NCBI GenBank assembly: GCA_016125275.1
Contig: WGMB01000002.1
Span: forward strand, 150,490 to 214,489
Direction: 5' to 3'
DNA length: 64,000 nt
DNA from: Acidobacteriota bacterium
GTDB taxonomy: Bacteria; Acidobacteriota; Terriglobia; Bryobacterales; UBA6623
Part shown: piece after piece, positions 1 to 9,758 of the stretch
Layout: every line of letters starts with the position of its first letter
Position numbering within the stretch: position 1 is the first letter of the stretch
Translations under genes and position numbers: made by a program
The notes under the pieces: generated by a model
What the model saw: the letters and a program-made list of their open reading frames with translations, nothing else
The model's database searches: none
Told to the model about the DNA's origin: nothing

Positions 1-620
1 GCGTGCGGTATGGCCGTGAACACGCCCACCTGAAAGATGAACTCGTTGTAGCTCATGCCCGCCGCGGCGATCGCCTGCTCCACCGTGTCCACGTTCAGCG
101 ACTCGCGCATGCCCACCATGATCGGCGTGCCCACCGCGCCGAAGCTCACCGGCGTGGACTGGATGATTAGGCACACCATCACGGCCGCCAGGGCCGGAAA
201 GCCCAGCGCCAGCAGCAGCGGACCGGCCACCGCCGCCGGCGTCCCAAAGCCCGAGGCTCCCTCGATGAACGAGCCGAACAGCCACGCCACGATCACCGTC
301 TGCACTCTGCGGTCGCGCGAAACATCCATGAACCCGCGCCGAATCGTCGCCGCCGCGCCGCTCTCCTTCAGCGTGAACAGCAGCACGATCGCCCCGAAGA
401 TGATGTACAGCAACGTCAGCGCGATCACCACGCCGCGCAAGCTCGCCGCCAGCGCGTGCACCGCCGGCACCTTCCAGAAGAACAGCGCGAAGCTCAGCGT
501 CATGGCGTAAGCCACCGGCATCGCGCGCGTGGCAGGCCACCGCAGCACGACCAGGAAGAACATCACGGCCAGAATCGGCAGCACAGCGATCAATGCGCTG
601 AGAGAGGAAGCGGCGTCCAT
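1..620 (-). CDS. L-lactate/glycolate permease (LctP family), N-terminal ~206 codons; 3' end lies beyond the window start
   Basis: Manual minus-strand translation from ATG 620-618 (AAGGAGA ~11 nt upstream): [52 protein letters not shown]...[22 protein letters not shown]. This matches conserved LctP blocks (cf. E. coli LldP FGAFLEGAAGFGAP). Absent from the ORF track because it runs off the edge. Confidence 0.75.
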   Translation of the reverse strand, partial: MDAASSLSALIAVLPILAVMFFLVVLRWPATRAMPVAYAMTLSFALFFWKVPAVHALAASLRGVVIALTLLYIIFGAIVLLFTLKESGAAATIRRGFMDVSRDRRVQTVIVAWLFGSFIEGASGFGTPAAVAGPLLLALGFPALAAVMVCLIIQSTPVSFGAVGTPIMVGMRESLNVDTVEQAIAAAGMSYNEFIFQVGVFTAIPH

Positions 621-737
621 CGAGGGGATTGTCTCCTTGGGCTGGCGGGAACCGAGAGAGTACCGCATGCCGGGGAAGGCAAGTCAAGGTTTGCATCGCC
701 CGGGGGCCTCCGGCGCCCTATACTGTGCGGTGGGACG

Positions 738-3038
738 ATGGGGCGCGGACACTTTGTTTTCCTGAGTTTGGCTCTGCTGGCGAGCCTCGGCGCAAGCTCG
801 GCGCAGGCCGCGCCCGCCGCCACCGCCGAGCAGGTCCAAGGCTTCCTCGGCCGCCACTGCACGGCCTGCCACAGCGACGCCGCCAAGATGGCCGGCCTCA
901 GCCTGGAGCTCGCCGACCTCCACAAGGCCCCGGCTCACGTCTGGGATGGCGCCGCCTCCCGCCTGCAGAAAGGTTTGATGCCGCCGCCGGGGACGCCCAA
1001 GCCCGACGAGGCCGAGCGCGACGCCGTCATCGCCTGGATGCGCGAGCAAGTCGACCGCGCCGCCGGCCAGGACGTGGACCCCGGCCGCGTCACCGTCCGG
1101 CGCCTCAACCGCGCCGAGTACAACAACACCGTCCGCGACCTGCTCGGCGTCCACTTCCAGCCCGCGGACGATTTTCCGCCCGACGACACCGGCTACGGCT
1201 TCGACACCATCGGCGACGTGCTCTCCGTCTCGCCGCTGCTCACCGAGCGCTACCTCCGCGCCGCCGAGCAGATCGCCAACCGCGTCATCGACCTCCGGCC
1301 CGCCCCCGAGCCCACCGTCGAGCAGTACGTGGCCGACGGCGAGGAGCAATATCGCCGCACCGACCCTGACGATCCGCTTGGCTACCCCTTCAACCCGGGT
1401 GACTTCCAGGCCCGCCACTTCTTCCCGGTCGACGCCGAGTACGACCTCTTCCTGCGCCTCAAGGACTCCCGCAGCGGCGAGGCCAAGAAGGTCAGCCCCA
1501 GCCTCACTCTCTTCCTCGACGGCAAGCGCCTGGACTCCTGGATCATCGAAGACGGCGAGTACGGCGACGGCTACCTCGGCGTGCGCCTGCCCGTACAGGC
1601 CGGCTGGCACACCATCTACGCCGAGTTCGACCCCTCCTACGTCAACAAGGAGACGCGCGACTACTACAAGGAGAACGAGAAGGTCCTCACCCGCCGCCTG
1701 TTCGTCGAGCGCATCGATGTCGGCGGCCCGTTCGACTACGATCCCCGTGCCCAGTCCGCCTGGAACAAGCTCTTCGTCTGCGACCAGCCCACTCGGGACT
1801 GCGCCGCCGAGATCCTCTCTACGCTGGCGCGCCGCGCCTACCGCCGGCCGCCGACCGAGCAGGAGGTCTCCGAGCTCGTCGCGCTCGTTGACGCCGCCCA
1901 AGCGCGCGGCGACTCCTTCGAGGCCGGCGTGCAACTGGCCCTCAAGGCCGTGCTGATCTCGCCGAACTTCCTGTTCCGCGTGGAGCGCGACCCCGAGCCC
2001 GGGCAGGTCCGCCGGCTCAACGATTTCGAGCTCGCCAGCCGCCTCTCCTACTTCGTGTGGAGCAGCATGCCCGACGACGAGCTGTTGGCCGCCGCCGAGC
2101 AGGGCAAGCTGGCCGACGCCGCGGGCGTCGAAGCCCAGGTCCGCCGCATGCTGGCCGACGAGCGCGCCTCCGCGCTGGTGCACAACTTCGGCGGCCAGTG
2201 GCTGCAGTTGCGCAAGCTCGACGAGGCCCAGCCCGCCGCCGAGCAGTTCCCCACTTTCCACGACTACCTGCGCCAAGCCATGCGCCAGGAGACCGAGCTG
2301 TTCTTTGAGACGATCCTGCGCGAAGACCGCAGCATCGTCGAATTCATCGACGCCGACTGGACCTTCGTCAACAACCAGTTGGCCGCGCTCTACGGCATCC
2401 AAGGCGTCAAGGGCCACCGCATGCGCAAGGTTCAGCTCGACGGCCACATCCGCGGCGGCGTGCTCACCCAGGCCAGCGTGCTGACGGTGTCGTCCTATCC
2501 CACCCGCACCTCCCCGGTGCTGCGCGGGCTGTGGGTGCTCGAAAACCTGCTCGGCGCGCCCCCTCCTCCGCCGCCCGCCGACGTTCCGCCCATTGACGAG
2601 TCCAAGATCGGCCCGGAGATGTCGGTGCGCCGGCAGTTCGAGATCCATCGCGCCAACCCTTCCTGCTCGGTCTGCCACGTCGCCATGGACCCCATTGGCT
2701 TCAGCCTCGAAAACTTCGACGCCATCGGCCGCTGGCGCGCCGAAGACGGCGGCCGGCCCGTGGACGCCAGCGGCGAGCTGCCCGACGGCCGCAAGTTCGA
2801 CGGCCCCATCGCCCTCAAGGGCATCCTGCTGCAGGACAAGGCCGAGCTGGCCCGCACCCTGAGTGAGAAGATGTTGACATACGCGCTGGGCCGCGGCCTG
2901 CGGCGCGACGACGCCCTGGCCGTCAAACAGGTGGGCGACGCCGTCGTGGCCGACGACTACCGTTTCTCGCGACTGATCGTGGAAATTGCCAAGAGCCCGC
3001 TTTTCACCATGCGGCGCGCTGAAGGAGCCGGATCATGA
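738..3038 (+). CDS. Secreted DUF1592/DUF1588/DUF1585-type (PSCyt/PSD-like) protein with CxxCH motifs
   Basis: ORF 456..3038. Start moved to ATG 738, which gives the signal peptide MGRGHFVFLSLALLASLGASSAQA. Motifs HCTACHSD, FVWSSMPDDELL, GGQWLQLRKL and CSVCHVAMDPIGFSLENFDAIGRWR are typical of this architecture. Confidence 0.85.
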   Translation: MGRGHFVFLSLALLASLGASSAQAAPAATAEQVQGFLGRHCTACHSDAAKMAGLSLELADLHKAPAHVWDGAASRLQKGLMPPPGTPKPDEAERDAVIAWMREQVDRAAGQDVDPGRVTVRRLNRAEYNNTVRDLLGVHFQPADDFPPDDTGYGFDTIGDVLSVSPLLTERYLRAAEQIANRVIDLRPAPEPTVEQYVADGEEQYRRTDPDDPLGYPFNPGDFQARHFFPVDAEYDLFLRLKDSRSGEAKKVSPSLTLFLDGKRLDSWIIEDGEYGDGYLGVRLPVQAGWHTIYAEFDPSYVNKETRDYYKENEKVLTRRLFVERIDVGGPFDYDPRAQSAWNKLFVCDQPTRDCAAEILSTLARRAYRRPPTEQEVSELVALVDAAQARGDSFEAGVQLALKAVLISPNFLFRVERDPEPGQVRRLNDFELASRLSYFVWSSMPDDELLAAAEQGKLADAAGVEAQVRRMLADERASALVHNFGGQWLQLRKLDEAQPAAEQFPTFHDYLRQAMRQETELFFETILREDRSIVEFIDADWTFVNNQLAALYGIQGVKGHRMRKVQLDGHIRGGVLTQASVLTVSSYPTRTSPVLRGLWVLENLLGAPPPPPPADVPPIDESKIGPEMSVRRQFEIHRANPSCSVCHVAMDPIGFSLENFDAIGRWRAEDGGRPVDASGELPDGRKFDGPIALKGILLQDKAELARTLSEKMLTYALGRGLRRDDALAVKQVGDAVVADDYRFSRLIVEIAKSPLFTMRRAEGAGS

Positions 3039-4387
3039 TTCTCGGAAAGACCCTCTCCCGTCGAACCGTTCTACGCGGCGCCGGCGCGAGCTTGGCCCTG
3101 CCTCTGCTGCAGGCCATGCTGCCCACCCGCGGAGAGGCCAAGCGCCTCAGCGCCCTCACCAAGACGCGCATGGTCGCCATCTACATCCCCAACGGCACCA
3201 TCCCCGAGAAGTGGAAGCCGACCGAGGAAGGCGCCGACTACGCCCTCTCCTACGCGCTGGAGCCCTTGGAGCCCTTCCGCAAGGACTTTTCCTGCCTGAG
3301 CGGCCTGGCGCAAGACGCCGCCCGAGCCCACGGCGACGGCGCCGGCGACCACGCCCGCGCCGCGGCTTCATACCTCACCGGCGTCCACCCGAAGAAGACC
3401 GCCGGCTCCGACATCCGCAACGGCGTCTCGTTCGACCAGATCGCCGCCCGCGCCATCGGCCGCGACTCCCGCCTGCCCAGCCTCGAGCTCGGCCTCGACG
3501 AAGGCGCCAAGGCCGGCAACTGCGACTCCGGCTACACCTGCGCCTATACCAACAACATCTCCTGGAAGTCCGAAACCCAGCCGCTTCCGCCCATCGTCAA
3601 CCCGCGCATCGCCTTCGAGCGCCTCTTCGGCGACATCGAAGGTCCCATGGACGAGCAAGCCCTGGCCCGCCGACGCGCCGACAAGACCAGCCTGCTCGAC
3701 CTGGTGCAGGAGCAGACCCGGCGCCTGCAGGGCGACCTCGGCCAGACCGACCGCCGCAAGCTCGACGAATACCTCGAGTCCATCCGCGAGATCGAGCAGC
3801 GCATCGCCGTGGCCGAGCAGGCCGGCGACGCCGTCATCCCCACCATGGACAAGCCGGCCGGCGTCCCCGTCACCTTCGCCGACCACTCCCGGCTGCTGTT
3901 CGACCTCATCAAGGTCGCCTTCGAGACCGACATGACCCGCGTGGTCACGCTCATGTTCGGCAAGGAGGGCTCCAACCGCACCTACGGCGAAATCGGCATC
4001 TCCGGCGCGCACCACGGCATGTCGCACCACAAGCAGGACCCGGAAAAGATCCGCCAGCTCGTGGAGATCAACCGCTACCACGTCGAGCAGCTCGCCTACT
4101 TCCTCGGTCGCCTCAAGACGACCCCGGACGCCGAGGGTTCCCTGCTCGACAACGCCATGGTGCTCTACGGCGGCGGCATCCGCGACGGCAACCGGCACGA
4201 CAACGGCGACCTGCCGGCCCTGCTGGCCGGCCGCGCCGGCGGACGCCTCTCGCCCGGCCGCCACATCCGCTACCGCGACGAGACGCCCATGGCCAACCTC
4301 TTCGTCACCATGCTGGCTCAGATGGGCGTGGAGACCGAAGCCGTCGGCAACAGCTCCGGCCGCCTGGAAGGCCTCACGGATCTGTAA
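3035..4387 (+). CDS. DUF1552 domain protein (Tat-signal, usual partner of DUF1592)
   Basis: ATGA start/stop overlap with the upstream gene. Twin-arginine-like N-terminus SRRTVLRGAGASLALPLL. Contains the GAHHGMSHH block. Confidence 0.85.
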   Translation: MILGKTLSRRTVLRGAGASLALPLLQAMLPTRGEAKRLSALTKTRMVAIYIPNGTIPEKWKPTEEGADYALSYALEPLEPFRKDFSCLSGLAQDAARAHGDGAGDHARAAASYLTGVHPKKTAGSDIRNGVSFDQIAARAIGRDSRLPSLELGLDEGAKAGNCDSGYTCAYTNNISWKSETQPLPPIVNPRIAFERLFGDIEGPMDEQALARRRADKTSLLDLVQEQTRRLQGDLGQTDRRKLDEYLESIREIEQRIAVAEQAGDAVIPTMDKPAGVPVTFADHSRLLFDLIKVAFETDMTRVVTLMFGKEGSNRTYGEIGISGAHHGMSHHKQDPEKIRQLVEINRYHVEQLAYFLGRLKTTPDAEGSLLDNAMVLYGGGIRDGNRHDNGDLPALLAGRAGGRLSPGRHIRYRDETPMANLFVTMLAQMGVETEAVGNSSGRLEGLTDL

Positions 4388-4421
4388 GGCCTCAACGACG
4401 ATCAGGGGGCTCGATGGGAAT

Positions 4422-4452
4422 TGGTCATTTGAGATGACCAGTTCGCTATACT
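4422..4452 (+). promoter_or_regulatory. Putative operator palindrome plus -10 box of the phd/vapC operon (probably leaderless)
   Basis: Inverted repeat TGGTCAT-ttgag-ATGACCA (4422..4440). TATACT at 4447..4452 ends 6 nt before ATG 4459. No Shine-Dalgarno sequence. No convincing -35. Confidence 0.4.
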
Positions 4453-4458
4453 AGCCTC

Positions 4459-4686
4459 ATGGCGGAGATCCAGGCCTCCAAGTTCAAGGAGCAGTGCCTC
4501 TCGATCCTGGACAACTTAGGTCCGGAGGGGGTCATCATTACCAAGCGGGGCCGCCCGGTCGCGAAGCTCGTCCCTTTGGAAGGACCCTGCGCCCACCTGC
4601 TGGGCAGCATGGCCGGGGAAATCAAGGTCACAGACCCTGACGACGACCTGTTCTCGACCGGAATCCAGTGGGATGCTCAATCTTGA
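4459..4686 (+). CDS. Phd/YefM-type antitoxin
   Basis: 75 aa, MAEIQASKFKEQCLSILDNLGPEGVIITKRGRPVAKLVPLEG, a typical Phd/YefM N-terminus. 14-nt overlap with the downstream PIN gene. Confidence 0.8.
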   Translation: MAEIQASKFKEQCLSILDNLGPEGVIITKRGRPVAKLVPLEGPCAHLLGSMAGEIKVTDPDDDLFSTGIQWDAQS

Positions 4687-5044
4687 CACCCATATCCTCG
4701 TCGGGGCGCTCAGCGGAACTCTGAAGCCGGGGGAGAGAGATCTCCTCGCCGAGGAGTCCTGGGGCGTCTCTGCCATTGTGCTCTGGGAATTGACGATGCT
4801 TTCCCAGCGAGGCAGAATCGAGGTCGATCTTCACTCCACCGCCCTCGACCGTGCGCTATCGGGGATTCAAGTCTGGCCGATCGACTTGCGGGTCTGTCGC
4901 CACCTAGGGCTGCTCGATTTCTCGAGCGACCCGGCCGACGAGGTGATCGCCGCGACCAGCATGGCGTATGCCGCACCCCTGGTCACTCGAGATCGGAAGC
5001 TGAGGGCCTCACAGGTCGTCCCCCTCGCAGTCAAGGGGCATTGA
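4673..5044 (+). CDS. vapC: PIN-domain ribonuclease toxin (VapC family)
   Basis: 123 aa, MLNLDTHILV...ISAIVLWELTML...LVTRDRKL, the PIN acidic-residue pattern. Paired with the upstream antitoxin. Confidence 0.85.
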   Translation: MLNLDTHILVGALSGTLKPGERDLLAEESWGVSAIVLWELTMLSQRGRIEVDLHSTALDRALSGIQVWPIDLRVCRHLGLLDFSSDPADEVIAATSMAYAAPLVTRDRKLRASQVVPLAVKGH

Positions 5045-5113
5045 CCCGCCCCCATCGGCCCCATCACCTTTTCCAATTTGGCGGGCCGCCCGAAACCGCC
5101 CCACAATAGGCGG

Positions 5114-6544
5114 ATGCGCCCCCTTCTCGACCGCCGGTCGTTCCTGCGGCTGGCCGCCTTCGCCGCCGCCGCGCCCGCTGCGGCGGCCGACCCGGTCTCC
5201 ACGCAGATCGTGCGGACCGGCCCGCCCAAGCGCATCGTCATCGTCGGCGCCGGCCTGGCAGGCCTCTCAGCCGCCTACGAGCTCCACCGCGCCGGGCACG
5301 ACGTCACCGTGCTCGAAGGACGCCTGGAACCCGGCGGCCGGGTGCGCACCCTCCGTTCCAGTCTCAGCGACGGCCTGCACGGCGAGCTCGGCGCGGCCCG
5401 CATCCCGCCCGACCACGCCTGGACCCACGCCTACATCCGCCACTTCGGGCTCCCCTTGGCGCCGTTCTATCCCGAAAAGGGCCTGCGCGTGACGATCCTC
5501 CGCGGCAGCCGCCTGCTCCACGCCGCCGACCAGGAACCCGAGCTGCCCGCCGCCCTGCGCCTGACGCCCTCAGAGCGAGCCCTCGGCGCCGGCGGCCTGT
5601 TCGCCAAGGCCCTGGCGGACGTCGTCGCCGTCGCCGGTCAGCGCGACGCCTGGCCGCCCGAAGCCCTGCGCCCCTACGACGACATGACGCTGAGCGAGTT
5701 CCTCGCCGCCCGCGGCTTCTCCGAAGACGTCGTCGACGCCTTCGGCCTCGGCCCGGCCGGCTACTACCCCGCCGTCGACCTCTTCGCCGTCATCGCCAGC
5801 GGCCACGGCCACGGCTCCAAGCAGAAGATCGTCGGCGGCAACGACCTCCTGCCCCGCGCCTTCGCCAAAGCCTTGGCCGACAAGATCCGCTACGGCGCAA
5901 AAGTCGTCGCGCTCGAGCAGGACGACGCCGGCGTCACAGCCGTCTACGAGCAGGGCGGCGAGCGCCGCAAGCTCTCCGGCGACAGCCTCATCTGCGCCAT
6001 CCCCTTCAGCCTGCTGCGCGGCGTCGACGCCGCCTGGAGCTCCGCCAAGCGGCGCGCCGTGCAGGAGATGCCCTACGAAGCTCTCTCCCGCATCACCCTC
6101 CAGGTCAGCGAGCGCTACTGGCAGTCCAAGGGCGTCTCCGGCTTCGGTCAGCTCGACGCGCCCGCCGAGGTCTGGCACCCCACCTGGGACCGCCCCGGCC
6201 GCCGCGGCCTGCTGCAGCTCTACCCCTTCGGCGCGCCGTCGGACCGCCTGCTCGCCATGGACGCCGCCGCCCGCCAAACGGAAACCATCCGCCTCGTCGA
6301 CTCCGCCCTGCCCGGCCTTGCCGAACGCCTCGAAGGCGTCGTCGTGCACCTGTGGGCCGAAGATCCCTGGACCCGCGGCGCCGTGCGCTTGTTCGCCCCG
6401 GGGCAATCGTACTGGATGTTCGAAGCGGCGATCCGCCCCGAAGGCCGCATCCACTTCGCCGGCGAGCACCTCTCGCCCTGGGCCGGCTGGATGAACGGCG
6501 CTCTGGAGACGGGGTTGCAAGCCGCCCGCGCCGTGAACGAATAG
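5114..6544 (+). CDS. Tat-exported flavin-containing amine oxidase family oxidoreductase
   Basis: ORF 5078..6544 starts at TTG. ATG 5114 gives MRPLLDRRSFLRLAAFAAAAPAAA (Tat-like). IVIVGAGLAGLSAAYEL is a dinucleotide fold; C-terminal FAGEH motif. Confidence 0.8.
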   Translation: MRPLLDRRSFLRLAAFAAAAPAAAADPVSTQIVRTGPPKRIVIVGAGLAGLSAAYELHRAGHDVTVLEGRLEPGGRVRTLRSSLSDGLHGELGAARIPPDHAWTHAYIRHFGLPLAPFYPEKGLRVTILRGSRLLHAADQEPELPAALRLTPSERALGAGGLFAKALADVVAVAGQRDAWPPEALRPYDDMTLSEFLAARGFSEDVVDAFGLGPAGYYPAVDLFAVIASGHGHGSKQKIVGGNDLLPRAFAKALADKIRYGAKVVALEQDDAGVTAVYEQGGERRKLSGDSLICAIPFSLLRGVDAAWSSAKRRAVQEMPYEALSRITLQVSERYWQSKGVSGFGQLDAPAEVWHPTWDRPGRRGLLQLYPFGAPSDRLLAMDAAARQTETIRLVDSALPGLAERLEGVVVHLWAEDPWTRGAVRLFAPGQSYWMFEAAIRPEGRIHFAGEHLSPWAGWMNGALETGLQAARAVNE

Positions 6545-6620
6545 GGCAGACCGACGGGCCAGAACGTCCGTCTCCACCAAGAAGGCAGCCTGCGCCCCGC
6601 CTCGTGCTAGCATCTGACGA

Positions 6621-7535
6621 ATGTCAGCCAGCCGTGTCGCGAGCCTCAGTTGGAAGCCGCAGTACAACAGGGTTGGAGCATTCGCACGGACGGCGGCGCT
6701 GTGGCTGGGTCAGTCGGGCGCGCTGGTTTTCAACGATTCGCGCAGCGAACCCTACAGCTTCCAGGAAACCAAGACGCGCTGGGGCTCGACGGAACGGGGC
6801 GTGGAGTTGGTCGACCGCACCGACGAGACCGATCGCGGCCACTACACCATGTCCTACCGCAGCGTGCGCGTGCGCAGCTACGGATTCGGCCCCGAGATCG
6901 CATTGGAAGCCCTCTTCGGGGAAGATTCGGCGACGCTGTCGGTAGTCGTCGGCGACGAGGCCGCCGCTGCCGGGGTCCTGGCAGCCTTCGAGGCGACCAC
7001 GGAGGGGCGAAGCCCGCAGCCTCCCCCCGCGAAGCGGGCGGCTCCCCTGGACTCGAGCCGGCTCAACACGCGGGCCGCGAATTTTCTGCGAGCTGAGCAC
7101 TACGACGAGGCAGCCCAGATCGCAGCCGTCATTCTCGAGCAGGCGCCGGGCGACCGGGACGCAGCGATGACGCACGCAGTGGCTCTGGCCGGCAAGGGCG
7201 ACGCGCGGGCCGAAGCGGAGCTGCTCCGGATTCTCGCCGCGGACCCGTCCTGCGCCGACGCGTTCTACCACCTGGGCAAGCTCATGCTCTCTCTCAGCAA
7301 CGCCGCAGCCGCCGCGAAATACTTACAGGGGGCGGTGACGGCGGCTCCGGGGTATCACGCCGCGCAGGCTCGTCTGGGGGCTGCGCTGGAGAGCCTAGGG
7401 CGGCGGGCGGAGGCGCTGGCTGCCTACGAAGCCGCCGTGGCGGCGCGACCGAGCCGCAAGGCGCCTTACGGCGAGGAGGGCGCCGATCTGACGCAGTCAG
7501 CCCACGAGGGGATTCTGCGTCTCTCGGCGCCGTGA
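6621..7535 (+). CDS. TPR-repeat protein (N-terminal half of unknown function)
   Basis: 304 aa. The C-terminal half has TPR-like repeats (AFYHLGKLMLSLSNAAAAAKYLQGAV..., AQARLGAALESLGRRAEALAAYEAAV). Confidence 0.6.
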   Translation: MSASRVASLSWKPQYNRVGAFARTAALWLGQSGALVFNDSRSEPYSFQETKTRWGSTERGVELVDRTDETDRGHYTMSYRSVRVRSYGFGPEIALEALFGEDSATLSVVVGDEAAAAGVLAAFEATTEGRSPQPPPAKRAAPLDSSRLNTRAANFLRAEHYDEAAQIAAVILEQAPGDRDAAMTHAVALAGKGDARAEAELLRILAADPSCADAFYHLGKLMLSLSNAAAAAKYLQGAVTAAPGYHAAQARLGAALESLGRRAEALAAYEAAVAARPSRKAPYGEEGADLTQSAHEGILRLSAP

Positions 7536-7560
7536 GCCTTGCCAAGGGCAGGTTCCGGGC

Positions 7561-9750
7561 TCATCGCAACCAGCGCCCGAAAAACCCTTCCAGCGTGCGG
7601 TACAAATGCAGCCGCGCCTCGTCCCCGGCGATGCCGTGCGTCTTGCCGGGGTAGAGCTGCAAGTCGTACAGCTTGCCCGCCTCGATCAGCGCGTCCGTCA
7701 TCTTCAGGGTGTTCTCCACGTGCACGTTGTCGTCCGCGGTCCCATGCACCAGCAGCAGCCGGCCGTGCAGGTCGCCCGCCGCCTCCACGCACGAGGTGCG
7801 CTGGTAAGCTTCGGCTTCGTCCTCCGGGCGGCCCATGTAGCGCTCCGTGTAGATCGAGTCGTACAGCCGCCAATCCGTCACCGGCGCCACCGCCGCCCCG
7901 GCCCGAAACGTCTTCGAGTGGGTCAAGGCGAAGCAGGTCGAAAAGCCTCCGCCGCTCCAGCCCCATAGCCCCACCCGTTCCGGGTCCACGAACGGCAACT
8001 TCTTCAGATGCTCGGCGGCAGCCACTTGGTCGCGCAGAGCCGTCGGACCGTAATCCCGCTCCAGCGCCGCCTCATACCGATGACCGCGCAACGCCGAAGC
8101 CCTGTCATCCACCTGCGCCACCACATAGCCGTTCTGCGCCAGATACTGGTGGAACAAGCCCCGCGAGCGCCCGGCCTCGAAGGCGTCGCGAATCGTCGGC
8201 GCGTGCGGCCCGCCGTAGACGTACAGCAGCAACGGCAGCTTCCGCCCGGCTTCGATCTTCTTCGGCTTCAGCAGCAGTATCCGGATCGTCCCGCCGTCCG
8301 CGCCCTCGATCGTCGACAGCTCCGGCTCGATCAGCCCCTCGATGTCCCGCGCCCGGTGCACTTCGAAGCGCTTGCCCCCTTCGATCTGCACCACGTCCAG
8401 ACCGCCCGGGTCCGTCAGCGTCGAAAACTCGTCGCTGAAGGCCGTGAAGTCCGCGTTCAGCAGCACCGTGTGCGTCCCCTCGCCGCTGGTCAACAGCTCC
8501 TTGTCCTCGCCGTTGAAGCGGATGCGGTACAGGTCCGCGCCGATCGGGTTGGCTTCGTTGGAGACGTAGTAGATCCAGCCGCCTTCCTTGTCCACGCCCG
8601 CGATCTGCTGTACCTCCCACTCGCCGGACGTCACCTCGCCCAGCAGCCGCCCCTCGTCGTCGCGGCGCTCGATGCGGCGCAGCCCCGAGCGCTCACTGGT
8701 CCACAGCAGCCCCCGGTCGGCGCCCAGAAAGCGCCAGTCGTCGGTGATGTTGATCCAGTGCGGGTCCGTCTCCTCGAACAGCAACCGCGCATGCCCATAG
8801 GCCGCATTGGCGGCCACCACTTGCAGCCTCCGTTGCGCCCGGTCGAGCGTCTGCACCGCCACCGTCTCGTCGTTCGCCCAAGCGATCCGCGGCACGTACT
8901 CCGGCGCGTCCAGTTGCAGCCAAACCACTTCGCCGCCGCGGCTCGGCCGCGCTTCGACCACGCCGATGCGCACCTTCGGCCCCGGGTCGCCCGCGAACGG
9001 ATACCGCTGCATGTCGACCGTCGAACGCCAGCCGTCCAGCGTCCGGATCGGCTGCCGCGGAACCTGCCGCTGGTCGATCTCATAGAAGGCCACGTGCCGC
9101 GAATCCGGCGACCAGGCGTAGCCCGAACGCAGCGTCAGCTCTTCGGGATAGATCCAGTCCAGGTCGCCGTGCAGAACGTCCTCTGTCCCGCCCCGCGTCA
9201 ACTGCCGGACGTCGCCTCCGGCGGTCGGCGCCAGCCAGATGTCGTGCTTGTAGACGAACGAGATCCAGCGGCCGTCGGGCGAAAACTGCGGGTCGCGCAC
9301 GCCGTTGTGCTCAGGCGCCACAGCCCGCGGGCGCTCGGCCGCGATGTCATACAGGTAGAGCTGCCCGGAGCTCACCAGCAGCAGAAACTGGCTGTCCTTC
9401 GACCACAGGTACGACGCTACCGAGTAGCGCTTCAGCCGCTCCCGCTCGCGCTCGTCCGTGGTGGCGTCGTCCACCGCCGGAGCCAGGCGCGTGAGCTGGT
9501 CGTGGCTCAGCAGAATGCGCTTCTCGCCCGTCTCGGCGTCCAGAACCCACAGGTTGCGGCGCTCCGTGTCCTCCGCCTCTTGCAGAATGTAAGCCAGCGT
9601 GCCGCCGTCCGGGCTCCAGCGGAGCTGCGTGGGGGCGGGCCCGGTCGGGCCGGGTTCGCGAACGATCTCTTCGAGCTTCAACTGCATCTGGGGAAACGCC
9701 GGCGGAGCGCTCGCCGCAAGAGCGAGCAGGGCGAGAGCGAAGTTCCGCAT
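7561..9750 (-). CDS. S9 family peptidase (dipeptidyl-peptidase IV-like)
   Basis: ORF 7561..9810. ATG 9750 gives the signal peptide MRNFALALLALAASAPPAFPQ. Beta-propeller-like N-terminal region. Catalytic triad motifs GLWGWSGGGF, GTADDNVH, GKTHGI. Confidence 0.9.
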   Translation of the reverse strand: MRNFALALLALAASAPPAFPQMQLKLEEIVREPGPTGPAPTQLRWSPDGGTLAYILQEAEDTERRNLWVLDAETGEKRILLSHDQLTRLAPAVDDATTDERERERLKRYSVASYLWSKDSQFLLLVSSGQLYLYDIAAERPRAVAPEHNGVRDPQFSPDGRWISFVYKHDIWLAPTAGGDVRQLTRGGTEDVLHGDLDWIYPEELTLRSGYAWSPDSRHVAFYEIDQRQVPRQPIRTLDGWRSTVDMQRYPFAGDPGPKVRIGVVEARPSRGGEVVWLQLDAPEYVPRIAWANDETVAVQTLDRAQRRLQVVAANAAYGHARLLFEETDPHWINITDDWRFLGADRGLLWTSERSGLRRIERRDDEGRLLGEVTSGEWEVQQIAGVDKEGGWIYYVSNEANPIGADLYRIRFNGEDKELLTSGEGTHTVLLNADFTAFSDEFSTLTDPGGLDVVQIEGGKRFEVHRARDIEGLIEPELSTIEGADGGTIRILLLKPKKIEAGRKLPLLLYVYGGPHAPTIRDAFEAGRSRGLFHQYLAQNGYVVAQVDDRASALRGHRYEAALERDYGPTALRDQVAAAEHLKKLPFVDPERVGLWGWSGGGFSTCFALTHSKTFRAGAAVAPVTDWRLYDSIYTERYMGRPEDEAEAYQRTSCVEAAGDLHGRLLLVHGTADDNVHVENTLKMTDALIEAGKLYDLQLYPGKTHGIAGDEARLHLYRTLEGFFGRWLR

Positions 9751-9758
9751 GGGTCTCC

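Noticed and set aside
684-2678. Long antisense or alternative-frame ORFs in the track. Examples: 684..2678(-), 8008..9762(+), 10005..11129(+), 19875..21548(-), 22777..24867(+), 33221..35524(+), 37039..38739(+), 40646..43420(-), 47766..51029(-), 51274..54177(-), 54803..56374(-), 59997..61673(-).
   Set aside because: Their translations are Arg/Ala/Gly/Pro-rich low-complexity sequence with no recognisable motifs. They mirror well-supported genes on the other strand or frame. These are the typical shadow ORFs of GC-rich DNA, where stop codons are rare.
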